Assembly (NCBI GenBank): GCA_963755715.1
Contig: CAVWLW010000023.1
Coordinates: 1-64,000, forward strand
DNA from: an uncultured delta proteobacterium
Lineage (GTDB): Bacteria > Desulfobacterota > Binatia > UBA9968
Length of the DNA stretch: 64,000 nt
Reading direction: 5' to 3'
The notes under the pieces are model-generated. The model was not told the origin of the DNA, ran no database searches, and saw only the letters and a program-made list of their open reading frames with translations. The position numbers and the translations under genes are program-made. This document shows, one piece after another, positions 1 to 9,410 of the stretch; positions within the stretch are counted from its first letter, which is position 1, and every line of letters starts with the position of its first letter.

Positions 1-113
1 AAAGTCACTCTGTCCATCGAGCCTAGCTGCAGTAAAATAGCGCGTTCCGGTTTATTCGTCCCACGTTTGGTTTTCGAATCCACTGATAGAATCCAGTCTG
101 ATCGAGACATAAG

Positions 114-590
114 TTAAATTCGGTCGCCGCGAAGATGAAAGAAAATCTGCGCTCCGGTTACCATGCTTTTCCCAAACATGATGAAGACGATGACCCAGAG
201 CGCTTGGAGCAGGAGAAAAACTTCAGGACGCCACAGCGCTTCGATGCCCGCCGCTAACTGAGGGACGCTGGGTCGGTCGCTCGGCAAAACGATTGTGAGC
301 GCCAAGGCAAAAGTGATCGCTAAGATTTCCATGACTTGGTAAGCCGTGATTTTGCCGTTGCCCCGGTAGTCTGCCCGTAAGACTTCGGACAAGGTCCGCC
401 AACCCTGAGTCACCGCCATGCTGGAAACGAAAGCCACGTCGTAGTTGCCTTTGAGAAACAGCAGGGTGGCGATCAGTCCAACGCCGACATAGAGCAGACA
501 AGTGAGTGCCTGGATCGGAATCACCTGTTTTCCTTCCAATCCACTGGCGTAGGAGATTTTTTTCATGCTGCCGGAAAAAACAAAGTGCCG
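114..590 (-). pseudogene. C-terminal fragment of a prolipoprotein diacylglyceryl transferase-like membrane protein
   Basis: Hydrophobic helices with KKISYASGLEG..IPIQA and WRxLSEVLRADYRG motifs. No N-terminal half; recognisable similarity ends near 590. Confidence 0.55.
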
Positions 591-1033
591 AGCAGCCTTT
601 TGCCGATTGGATCGTGACTTTTTTCTACGCCCAAGAACGCGAGCACGCATCTTTCGTTTTCAAGCTTTTGGCAAGCCAATCGTTTTCGCGTTTTCTCGGC
701 TGGCTCAATTACGACTTTCCCTTGGGCCAGAACATTGCCGGCGGCAAACGTTTTCTCCAGCGGTGCGCTATTGATCTCAGAGAATGCACCGAATCGCTCG
801 GTGGCTTAGACAGCGCGAGAAAGATCTTCGAGCGCAAGATTCGTTACTGGCAATGCCGGCCAATGAGCGAGATAGCCGCGGAAATTGTTTGTCCCGCCGA
901 TTCTCGGGTCTTGTTTGGCTCTTTGAGGGAGTCCTCGAGTTTGTTTCTCAAGAGCAAATTCTTTGATTATGAAGAGCTGCTCGGTTTGGACAAGCCTCGG
1001 TGCAAACATCCCTTAGCGCGGTCGATATATTGA
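590..1033 (+). pseudogene. N-terminal/central fragment of a phosphatidylserine decarboxylase-like protein
   Basis: FERKIRYW and CPADSRV..G motifs plus FLKSKFFDYEELLG. The C-terminal catalytic part is missing and there is no clear start. Confidence 0.6.
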
Positions 1034-1453
1034 TGTTCGGTTCCGAGAAAATTCATTTTGACAAAATGTCACGAGTAAAAATTCTTGTGAACGGCTAGTA
1101 TTTCCGATCCGTGTTATTTTCATGTTTATAGTGAACCCTAAATAAAACGACGCCATGAATGCTCGATTAACATTGAGTAATTTGGGTTTCATTTTAGACC
1201 TGCAAATAACGGAGAGGTGGTACGCAAGCTTCGCTAGAAGAACAAGGTCGCGGAGCCCCACCGTGATTACTGACTTTGGTATGCCCGCGCTGGTTAAAAT
1301 GCCTCTCGAGACAGCTTTCGGCCGCCGATTTTTTGATCCCGCTCAACTACGGCTCTCGTTTATAGTCCCTTCATCGATTGTTCATCGACACTTAATCTGC
1401 GGCGGATTAACCTTTTGCTGATAAAACTGTAGAAGGTTTGTCGGAGGATTCTA

Positions 1454-2326
1454 ATGTGCTTGTTAACATGCAGACATCGGCTGTCTAGTTTTTTGATTCT
1501 TTTTTTTCTAATTGATCTCAGCGGCGCGCTGGCTTGGGCCCAGGCGCCGCACAATTTGATTTTGTTTATTCCCGACGGCCTACGTCCTGAGAGCGTCAAC
1601 GTATCGAGCACTCCGACGTTCGCGCGCGTGCGCGATCAGGGTGTTCGTTTCGCTAATAGCCACTCCGTGTTTCCGACTTTGACGATGGTCAATTCGGCAG
1701 CCATGGGCACTGGCCATTTCCCAGGCGACACGGGGAATTACGGCAATACCATTTACACCGGTTTTCCGGTGGCGAGCGCGAACGGAAGCGTCGCGCCGAT
1801 GGTTGAGAGCGACGCAATTCTCGGCGAGATCAACGCGCATTTCGGCGGCAATTACCTGAACGAAGAAACCTTGTTAGCGGCGGCGCGCAACGCGGGGTTT
1901 TTGACGGCCGCGGTCGGTAAAGTCGGGCCGGCGGCGATTTATGACGTGACGGAGCGATCGGGCGCGCAGACGATCGTGATCGACGATCTCACCGGCCGAC
2001 CGGGCGGTCTGCCGTTGAGCAATAGCACGCTCGACGCGCTGCAGGCGGCTATGTTACCCAATCAGACGCCGGTTCGAGGCGATAACAGCAACGTCGGTGA
2101 CGCGAAAACCCCGGGAACTCACGCGGCTAACGTCGCGCAACAGCGCTACTTCGCCGACGTCACGACGAAATCCCTATTGCCAATGTTCAAAGCGGCGGGT
2201 GGCGTCAATCGGAAAAACCCCTACGCGGGTCCTGCGTCGCCGTGCATGATCCTTGCTATGCTTGCTATGACTGTTGCTGAAGCTTTGTTGTCTCGGGCGT
2301 TCCATGGAGTGATTTGGCGTTATTGA
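1454..2326 (+). pseudogene. Alkaline phosphatase/nucleotide pyrophosphatase family protein, 3'-truncated near 2200
   Basis: Signal peptide, ILFIPDGLRP, and HSVFPTLTMVN (Thr nucleophile). Sequence turns unrelated after FKAAG, and the second metal-ligand half is absent. Confidence 0.75.
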
Positions 2327-2474
2327 CAGTGCCGATACCGCTCGATCGCACATGGAACAGGAAAGTTTAACAATTTAGTGACGATTTGGCAGACGATTTT
2401 GTCTCAACTGGTTTAATGCGCTTGTAAACAGACCGCTCTGACCAAATTTCGCCGAAAGGCAAAATCGCTCGCAG

Positions 2475-4616
2475 ATGATATCCATGAATTCACAGTTGTC
2501 CGCCGCCGAAAAGATTGGAGAATTACTCGCCCGTGAAGGGTTCCTCAGCCGCGAGCAATTGGCGCGTAGTATCACGGCGCAAAAAGAAGAGTACCCATCC
2601 GTGCCGCTTGGCAAAGTCTGTGTGGCCCTTGGTTTTGTCTCTTCGTCTGATTTGGCCGGCGTTCTCGTGAAACACCGGCGCCACATTCATATCGGCGAAC
2701 TTTTAGTGCATCTCGGACTGATTCAGACCGACCAACTGCAGGAAGTGCTCGAATATCAAAAAAAACATCATACTAAAAAGAAACTCGGCGAGCTTCTACT
2801 CGAAAAAGGTCTAATCGACGAGGCGGCTCTGATTCGCGCCTTATACAAGCAGTCGCAGCAAACAGATCCACCTGGCAAGCGTAGCGGCGGCAAGTTTGCA
2901 GCGCTGATCATTTCCGGCCGATTGCAACAGCAGGAACTCGACGCCATCGTGAAGCGCGCTGAACGCGAAAGAACCGCCGTCGAAACCGTGTTGATGAAAC
3001 AAAAGCATCTGTCGAAGCAGGAGCTCGGCGCGGCCCTGAGCGCGTACTACCAGTGTCCGTTCAAAGAGTACGATGAAAAAGTGCTGCTCGCGCCGGAATG
3101 CGTGAGCGGCATCAATCCCAATTATCTCAAAACAAACTACTGGATCCCTTTGCGCGTCAGCGACAAGACCGTCGATGTGCTGATCGACGACCCCCACGCT
3201 CATGACCGCATTCAAGACATTAAACGCCTGTATCCGGGTAAGAAAATCAAGTGCCTCGTCGGTCTGCGCGAAGATATCCTGCAGTATGTGAATGCCGTTA
3301 GCACGAACCAATATGGGTCGACGACTCGCGAATCCGTTTCGACGATCCTCGGCCAGCTCGACGGACCGGACGAAGACACAGCGGAAACGAGCATTGAGCA
3401 GCTCATCAACGAAAATGACAGCGCTATCGTGCGCCTGGTCAACCAGGTGATCGTCGACGCTTACAATCAGCGGGTTTCGGACATTCATATCGAGCCGCAA
3501 GGAAGCCAACGCGAGACCCGAATACGCTTTCGCGTCGACGGTCGCTGTTTCGAATACTTGCAAGTGCCGGCCGCGTACCGGCGCGCGCTCGTGTCGCGCT
3601 TGAAAATTATGGCCGGTCTGGACATTGCGGAGCGACGTAAGCCCCAGGACGGCAAGATCAAATTTCAGATCGGTGAGCGCACGATCGAATTACGTGCCGC
3701 GACCATTCCGACGTCGGGCGCTGGCAATGAAGATATCGTCCTGCGTATTCTCGCCGCCGAAGAGCCGATCCCTCTGGATCGTTTGAAAATGACGCCGCGC
3801 AATTTGCGCGAATTCCGCAGCCTGCTCGATAAACCGTACGGCTTGATTCTTTGTGTCGGTCCGACCGGTTCGGGAAAAACAACGACACTGCATTCCGCGC
3901 TCGGCGCGATCAATACCCCGGATCGAAAGATCTGGACCGCGGAAGATCCCGTGGAAATCTCTCAGCCCGGCCTGCGCCAAGTGCAAGTGAATCCCAAGAT
4001 CGGCTTCAATTTTGCCGCCGCCATGCGGGCATTTTTGCGCGCCGACCCCGATGTCATCATGGTCGGCGAAATTCGCGATCACGAAACCGCGGAAGTGGCG
4101 ATCGAGGCCTCGCTCACCGGCCATCTCGTCTTGAGCACGCTGCACACCAACAGCGCCGTTGAGACTGTTAGTCGCCTGCTCGAAATGGGCATCGATCCGT
4201 TCAACTTCGCAGACTCCTTGCTCGGCGTCTTGGCGCAACGCCTGGCGCGCACCTTGTGCCAAGAATGCCGGGAGTCCTACCACCCCGCCAAGGAAGAATA
4301 CGACGCGCTCGCTTACGGCTTTGGCGAAGAAGCATTCGCCGGATTGAAAATTTCCTACGACGATCGCTTCGTGCTCTACCGCGGCAAGGGCTGTCCGTCT
4401 TGTCGCGATACCGGCTACAAGGGCCGGATCGGCTTGCATGAGCTTTTGCTCATCAGCGATGAGATCAAAAAATTAATTCACATTCGGGCGACGGTAACCG
4501 ATCTGTTTAAAGTCGCGCGGGCGCAGGAAATGACCACGCTGGTTCAAGACGGCGTGCTCAAAGTTCTGCAAGGCTGGACCGACTACGCGCAGGTCAAAGC
4601 AGCGGCGACGAGGTAA
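2475..4616 (+). CDS. GspE/PilB/MshE-family secretion/pilus ATPase with N-terminal MshEN-like repeats
   Basis: SDIHIEP, Walker A GPTGSGKT, LRADPDVIMVGEIRD, TGHLVLSTLHTN, and two CxxC motifs. Confidence 0.92.
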   Translation: MISMNSQLSAAEKIGELLAREGFLSREQLARSITAQKEEYPSVPLGKVCVALGFVSSSDLAGVLVKHRRHIHIGELLVHLGLIQTDQLQEVLEYQKKHHTKKKLGELLLEKGLIDEAALIRALYKQSQQTDPPGKRSGGKFAALIISGRLQQQELDAIVKRAERERTAVETVLMKQKHLSKQELGAALSAYYQCPFKEYDEKVLLAPECVSGINPNYLKTNYWIPLRVSDKTVDVLIDDPHAHDRIQDIKRLYPGKKIKCLVGLREDILQYVNAVSTNQYGSTTRESVSTILGQLDGPDEDTAETSIEQLINENDSAIVRLVNQVIVDAYNQRVSDIHIEPQGSQRETRIRFRVDGRCFEYLQVPAAYRRALVSRLKIMAGLDIAERRKPQDGKIKFQIGERTIELRAATIPTSGAGNEDIVLRILAAEEPIPLDRLKMTPRNLREFRSLLDKPYGLILCVGPTGSGKTTTLHSALGAINTPDRKIWTAEDPVEISQPGLRQVQVNPKIGFNFAAAMRAFLRADPDVIMVGEIRDHETAEVAIEASLTGHLVLSTLHTNSAVETVSRLLEMGIDPFNFADSLLGVLAQRLARTLCQECRESYHPAKEEYDALAYGFGEEAFAGLKISYDDRFVLYRGKGCPSCRDTGYKGRIGLHELLLISDEIKKLIHIRATVTDLFKVARAQEMTTLVQDGVLKVLQGWTDYAQVKAAATR

Positions 4617-4865
4617 CGGCCGACATCAGTTTAGTTTAACCGTGTTCATTACCAGAACAGCGGCGCACGCAATCAATCTTTTTCTTCGTACTTTCATCCA
4701 CCGACGCTTTTGATGGTACCGAGCATGCTCGCTCGGCGACTAGCCACAGCCCGGCCGCCAGAACTCTGGCACGGTGAACGTTGATCCCCTGCGTTCTCTC
4801 GTTGACTTCTCGCCCCGGTTACACCTAGAGTCTAATCGTTTTAACGAAAAGCTCGAGGAGAACAG

Positions 4866-5843
4866 ATGGCGACTCGGACGATTACGATTGGTTGTCGCGA
4901 CTACGATCATACGCGCGCCCTGGCGGACGGTAGAGTCAAAGTCGACGGCGTCGATATCAAGTTTATCAACATCTCGCCGCCGTCGCAGATCTTTCTGCGC
5001 ATGCTTCGCGACGAAGAATTCGATGTCTCGGAGATGTCATTATCGAATTACATGATCGCGCTCGGCAAGAGCGACGATCGATTCGTCGCGATCCCCGTGT
5101 TTCCATCGCGGGTCTTTCGTCATGCTTATATCTGGGTCAACGCCAAGGCGGGCATCAACCAACCGGAAGATCTCAAAGACAAAAGAGTCGGCATCGCCGA
5201 TTATTCGATGACCGCGCTGCTCTTCGTGCGCGGCTTGTTGCAACATCAGTACGGCGTGGCGCCGCAGGATATTCATTGGTTTCGGCGTCGTTCCGAGCAT
5301 GTCGCAATCGAGATTCCGCCGGGCATCCGCATCGACAACATCGGCAAGGATGAAACTCTCGACGTTCTGCTCGAAGACGGCAAGCTCGATGCCCTCGCCG
5401 TCACCTCGTCTCCGCGCGGGTTTTTGCAAGGTTCGCCGCTTGTGCAACGGCTTTTTCCCGATTGTCGAGCCGTCGAAGCCGAGTATTACCGTCAAACGAA
5501 AATCTTTCCGATCATGCACCTGGTCGTCATCCGCCGCGCGATTTATGAGCAAGATCCTTCGCTCGCGGTGCGCTTGACCCAGGGATTCGAAGCCGCAAAA
5601 CAGCTCGCGTTCGAGTCCTACGAAGAGGGTTTGTCAACGCTGCCTTGGGTGAATTTAGACTTAGAATATGCCCGGAAAATTTTGGGTGAGGATGTTTATC
5701 CGTACGGCGTGAAGAACAATTTGCCGACCTTGGAGGCGGCGACGCACTATTCTCACGAGCAAGGGTTGACGGGTAGAAGATTCGACGTGAGCGAGCTGTT
5801 CGCCAAAGAAACGTTAAACCTTTTCGCTAAAGCTAAAGATTGA
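4866..5843 (+). CDS. 4,5-dihydroxyphthalate decarboxylase-like / PBP2-fold substrate-binding protein
   Basis: DYDHTRALADG, FDVSEMSLS, PVFPSRVFRH, IFPIMHLVVIR and YPYG motifs. Confidence 0.8.
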   Translation: MATRTITIGCRDYDHTRALADGRVKVDGVDIKFINISPPSQIFLRMLRDEEFDVSEMSLSNYMIALGKSDDRFVAIPVFPSRVFRHAYIWVNAKAGINQPEDLKDKRVGIADYSMTALLFVRGLLQHQYGVAPQDIHWFRRRSEHVAIEIPPGIRIDNIGKDETLDVLLEDGKLDALAVTSSPRGFLQGSPLVQRLFPDCRAVEAEYYRQTKIFPIMHLVVIRRAIYEQDPSLAVRLTQGFEAAKQLAFESYEEGLSTLPWVNLDLEYARKILGEDVYPYGVKNNLPTLEAATHYSHEQGLTGRRFDVSELFAKETLNLFAKAKD

Positions 5844-5862
5844 TGGCCGCTGCGAGCACAAA

Positions 5863-5894
5863 AAAAGGCCCATGTCGGAGCACATGGGCCTTTT
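5863..5894. terminator. Bidirectional intrinsic terminator between convergent genes
   Basis: AAAAGGCCCATGT-cggagc-ACATGGGCCTTTT hairpin with A and T tracts on the two sides. Confidence 0.85.
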
Positions 5895-5924
5895 AAAACG
5901 GTTGGGTTTCGTTTGCTCAGCTTG

Positions 5925-6503
5925 TCATGACACCGATTTGGCGGCCGAGGTAACGAATCGGGCGCGGCGATTTTTTACCCAGCAGTCTTCGTTGTGCTCC
6001 TTGCATACCGGAATCTCTTCGCCGTAGCTGATCGTCGATAGTCGATTCGCGGCGACGCCCAGTGTCGAGAGATAATCCATCGCAGCCTGAGCCCGCTTGG
6101 CGCCGAGCGCCATATTGTACTCCGCGGTGCCGCGTTCATCGCAATGACCCTCGATCTGTACGCGCGCAGACGGATTGGCTTTCAGCCACTCCGCGTTCGC
6201 CTTCAAGGTCGCGCGCGCCGTTTCCGACAAGTCAGCGCTGTCAAAATTGAAACCAATATCCTTGAGCGGCCCACTGCCTGCTGCTTCGCCTCGGCGCAGT
6301 GCTTCTAGGCTGGAATCTTTATCGACCTCAGGCTTAGGTGGCGCTGGCTTAGCGGCTGCCGAAGCCTGTCCGGCTGAGGCATTGGAATTTTCTACGGTCC
6401 ATTTCGGCGGCGGCGGATTGGCTGGCTGGCCACACGAAATCAAAAATGTAACTGCCAATAAACTCAAACCATAGCTCAATAACGGCTTTCGCTCCCGCAT
6501 CAT
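5925..6503 (-). CDS. pal: Peptidoglycan-associated lipoprotein (OmpA-like domain)
   Basis: Lipobox LISC, IEGHCDERGTAEYNMALGAKRA, SYGEE and NRR. Confidence 0.9.
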   Translation of the reverse strand: MMRERKPLLSYGLSLLAVTFLISCGQPANPPPPKWTVENSNASAGQASAAAKPAPPKPEVDKDSSLEALRRGEAAGSGPLKDIGFNFDSADLSETARATLKANAEWLKANPSARVQIEGHCDERGTAEYNMALGAKRAQAAMDYLSTLGVAANRLSTISYGEEIPVCKEHNEDCWVKNRRARFVTSAAKSVS

Positions 6504-6662
6504 CGAGTCCCGCCTTTTCCGTCCGTATTGGACTGTTTTAGAACTCGATTGTGAATCATTGCGGTAGTTCTGTCAACTATTTTCTACAAGCCAAAACATG
6601 TTTATATTGAGTAAGTATCCCTCCAGACGTTGGATAAAGACCTAGAATTGCTGGAATCATCC

Positions 6663-7832
6663 CTAGCCTGCGGGTACTATGCGAACGCCGTAAAGTTTTC
6701 CTTCTGCGACTCTAAGCTGACACCAGTTTTTACCGCCGTTCTTGCTGGCGTAAACCGAGCCGTCGGTATAGCCGACGCAAAGCGTTTCGCCATCGTTCGG
6801 GTGGACGGCAAAACCGCAGGTCATATGCTCGTGACCCGCGGGCAGCCCGTTTTCCAGCCGATTCCAGGTCTTGCCGGCGTCGTCGCTGCGCAAGATTTGC
6901 GTTTTAGCTCCGCCGGTTTGCGCTGACGTATTGCGACTGAATTTGACCGTGTTGTACGGTCCGGCTCGGACGGTTCGATAACCTGGCCAAGACGCGGGTC
7001 CGTTTTCCGCCGCGCCGAGGAACAATCGATCGGGAGCCGCAGGGTGATTAGCCATAGGAATCGCGTAGGCGCGGCCCATGCCGTATTCGCATTTGGTCCA
7101 AGTTTGTCCGCTATCATCGGTCTGGTAGGTACCGATACCGGTGCTCGCGAACATGGTCTCTAATCGAGTCGGGTGGCGCGTTATCCAATGCACGTCGCGA
7201 TAGACGCGGCCATTTTCATGTTTGCCCATCTCGTAAGGCACAATGCCTGCTGGATCATTGATCTTCGGAAAAGCGGTCGAACTCGCCGGTCCGCTGATAT
7301 CTTCCCAAGTCGCGCCGCGGTCGCGGCTGCGCGCGACGCCGCCCTCTTCGATACCGACGATGATTTCATCTGGCACGCGCGCATCGAGCGCGATGCAGCG
7401 CGCATGCGCCACGTGGGGGCCCGGTGGAAACGTCCACTTGTCGTAATCGGGCAAACTGCGGAACGCCGAAAGCTCGCGGAACGACCGGCCGCCGTTCTCG
7501 CTGACATAGACGGCGGCCGGCAGTGTACCGACGTAAATCTCGTTAGCCCGCGTCGGATGCACCGCCATCGTCCAAATATCGCGCCGGTCGATGCCGCCGG
7601 AAGGAAGCCACTGCCAACTCGCGCCGTCGTCTTCGCTGACATGAATCTCGGTCAAAGTCGCTGCATACAGTCGGTTCGGATGAAACGGATCGCGCGCCAC
7701 TTCGCGCACCGTTTCGCCCTCAAGCGCGCTGTTGAGAATCTCGGCCTGTTCTGCCGTACCATCCCAACGACAACGCACCAGCCCGTCGGCCTTCAACAGA
7801 AACAGATTTAACGCACTATCAGTCGCCGTCAT
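6663..7832 (-). CDS. BNR/Asp-box repeat (WD40/YVTN-like) beta-propeller protein
   Basis: Repeated SxDxGxTW Asp-boxes. The start at MTATDS follows a GGAGG RBS. Confidence 0.8.
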   Translation of the reverse strand: MTATDSALNLFLLKADGLVRCRWDGTAEQAEILNSALEGETVREVARDPFHPNRLYAATLTEIHVSEDDGASWQWLPSGGIDRRDIWTMAVHPTRANEIYVGTLPAAVYVSENGGRSFRELSAFRSLPDYDKWTFPPGPHVAHARCIALDARVPDEIIVGIEEGGVARSRDRGATWEDISGPASSTAFPKINDPAGIVPYEMGKHENGRVYRDVHWITRHPTRLETMFASTGIGTYQTDDSGQTWTKCEYGMGRAYAIPMANHPAAPDRLFLGAAENGPASWPGYRTVRAGPYNTVKFSRNTSAQTGGAKTQILRSDDAGKTWNRLENGLPAGHEHMTCGFAVHPNDGETLCVGYTDGSVYASKNGGKNWCQLRVAEGKLYGVRIVPAG

Positions 7833-8021
7833 AAAATACCTCCGCTGGAATTGTTTGATCCGATTGACGCGTCTCATAGTCAAAATAGGGCAAACATCAA
7901 ATCGACGTCAAGCCGTAATTGCGCGCGCTGACTGCGGCGCAAATCCTTTGTCGGCTGCGCACAAAGCTGATAAAGTCCGCGCTAGTTTGTAGCGTCCATC
8001 CCAGAGAGCGCGAAGACAGCC

Positions 8022-9389
8022 ATGAGCCCATCCGTACAAGAGTCAAAACGCTCCCTTCAGCAGATCAAGAGCAAAGTTCTGGACGAGGTTCTCGATTCAG
8101 AGCTTTCGGAACTCACGCACTTGAAATGGTTGATTCATTCCGCGCTCAAGATCGCCGTGATGGTCGGTCGGGATTTCTTTCAGAACCTGGTGAAGCTCCA
8201 GGCGATGGCTCTGGCGTTCAAGACGCTCTTGTCGATAGCGCCGTTCTTGGCGGTGGTTTTTTCGATTCTCAAGGGTTTCGGCGTGCACAATCGCATGGAG
8301 CCGGCGCTCGCCGAGGCGCTCGCGCCATTGGGAGAAAAGGGGCAGGAAATCACCGCGCACTTGATCGGCTTCGTCGACAAGATGAGCGCCGGCGCCCTAG
8401 GCAGCATCGGCTTCGTTACGCTGTTCATTACGGTCGTGTCGTTGATGGCCACGATCGAGGAGTCGTTCAACCGCATTTGGCGGGTCACGGCGCCGCGGAA
8501 GTTGGCGCGGCGGTTCAGCGACTATTTGAGCGCCATTCTCGTCGGGCCGGTGCTGGTTTTCGCCGCGGTAACGATTACGGCGACTCTGCAGAACAATGCC
8601 ATCGTTCATGCATTTTTGTCGCTGCAAGCCCTCGGTACCGTCATTCTGGTGTTGCTTCGGTTGGTGCCGTATCTGACTCTCTGGGGCGCTTTCACTTTCG
8701 TTTACGTCTTCATACCGAACACGCGCGTCAAGATTCGCTCCGCGTTGGTCGGCGGCCTGGTGGCCGCGCTCCTTTGGCAGACGGTGGGCTGGGGGTTCGC
8801 CGTGTTTGTCGCTTCGTCCACGCGTTATTATGCGATCTATTCGAGCTTCGCGATTCTGCTGCTCTTTCTTCTATGGCTGGACATCGGCTGGGTGATCGTG
8901 CTCTTGGGCGCGCAAGTGAGCTACGCGCATCAACATGTGCATTTCTTCCAAGGCGACCGGGAGCTATTGGCGCAGAGCCCGGCGGGGCGCGAAAAACTCG
9001 TGCTGCACATGATGCTGCTGATCGGGCGAAACTTTTACCACGGCCTCGATCCGATGAGCATTTCCGATTTGGCCGCTCGGCTGCGCCTGCCTGCCGGTAT
9101 GGTCAAAGAATTTCTCGAAATGTTCGCGCAAACGAAGCTGGTCTTGCCCCTGGCCGATGAAGAAACCTTCGTCCTGGGCCGCGATCCGGAAACCATCAGC
9201 ATCAAAGAGATCCTGGACTGTGTGCGAAACTCGGGTAAGAGACTTAAAGCTCCGACCGAGCGCAGCGCGGAAGAAAACGAAATCAACGAGCTGCTGCTCG
9301 ACATCGAGCAATCGATGGCCGAAGCTTTACAGGGAAAAAATTTGCAGGGACTTATCTTAACTCTCAGCCCGCCGGAAACGCGCCGTTAA
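8022..9389 (+). CDS. YihY/virulence factor BrkB family membrane protein with C-terminal Rrf2-like wHTH
   Basis: LAFKTLLSIAP, IEESFNRIW, YAIYSSFA and VLLGAQ. The C-terminus has LGRDPETISIKEILD. Confidence 0.85.
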   Translation: MSPSVQESKRSLQQIKSKVLDEVLDSELSELTHLKWLIHSALKIAVMVGRDFFQNLVKLQAMALAFKTLLSIAPFLAVVFSILKGFGVHNRMEPALAEALAPLGEKGQEITAHLIGFVDKMSAGALGSIGFVTLFITVVSLMATIEESFNRIWRVTAPRKLARRFSDYLSAILVGPVLVFAAVTITATLQNNAIVHAFLSLQALGTVILVLLRLVPYLTLWGAFTFVYVFIPNTRVKIRSALVGGLVAALLWQTVGWGFAVFVASSTRYYAIYSSFAILLLFLLWLDIGWVIVLLGAQVSYAHQHVHFFQGDRELLAQSPAGREKLVLHMMLLIGRNFYHGLDPMSISDLAARLRLPAGMVKEFLEMFAQTKLVLPLADEETFVLGRDPETISIKEILDCVRNSGKRLKAPTERSAEENEINELLLDIEQSMAEALQGKNLQGLILTLSPPETRR

Positions 9390-9410
9390 ATCCTGTTGGC
9401 GTGGCGTCGC

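Noticed and set aside
1255-1340. Riboswitch in the AT-rich gap
   Set aside because: Only a short GAAA-loop hairpin on the minus strand; no recognisable aptamer consensus.
7919-9160. Long alternative-frame and antisense ORFs (also 30773-31930, 38605-39765, 49505-50581)
   Set aside because: They shadow well-supported genes, have no motifs, and are expected in GC-rich DNA.
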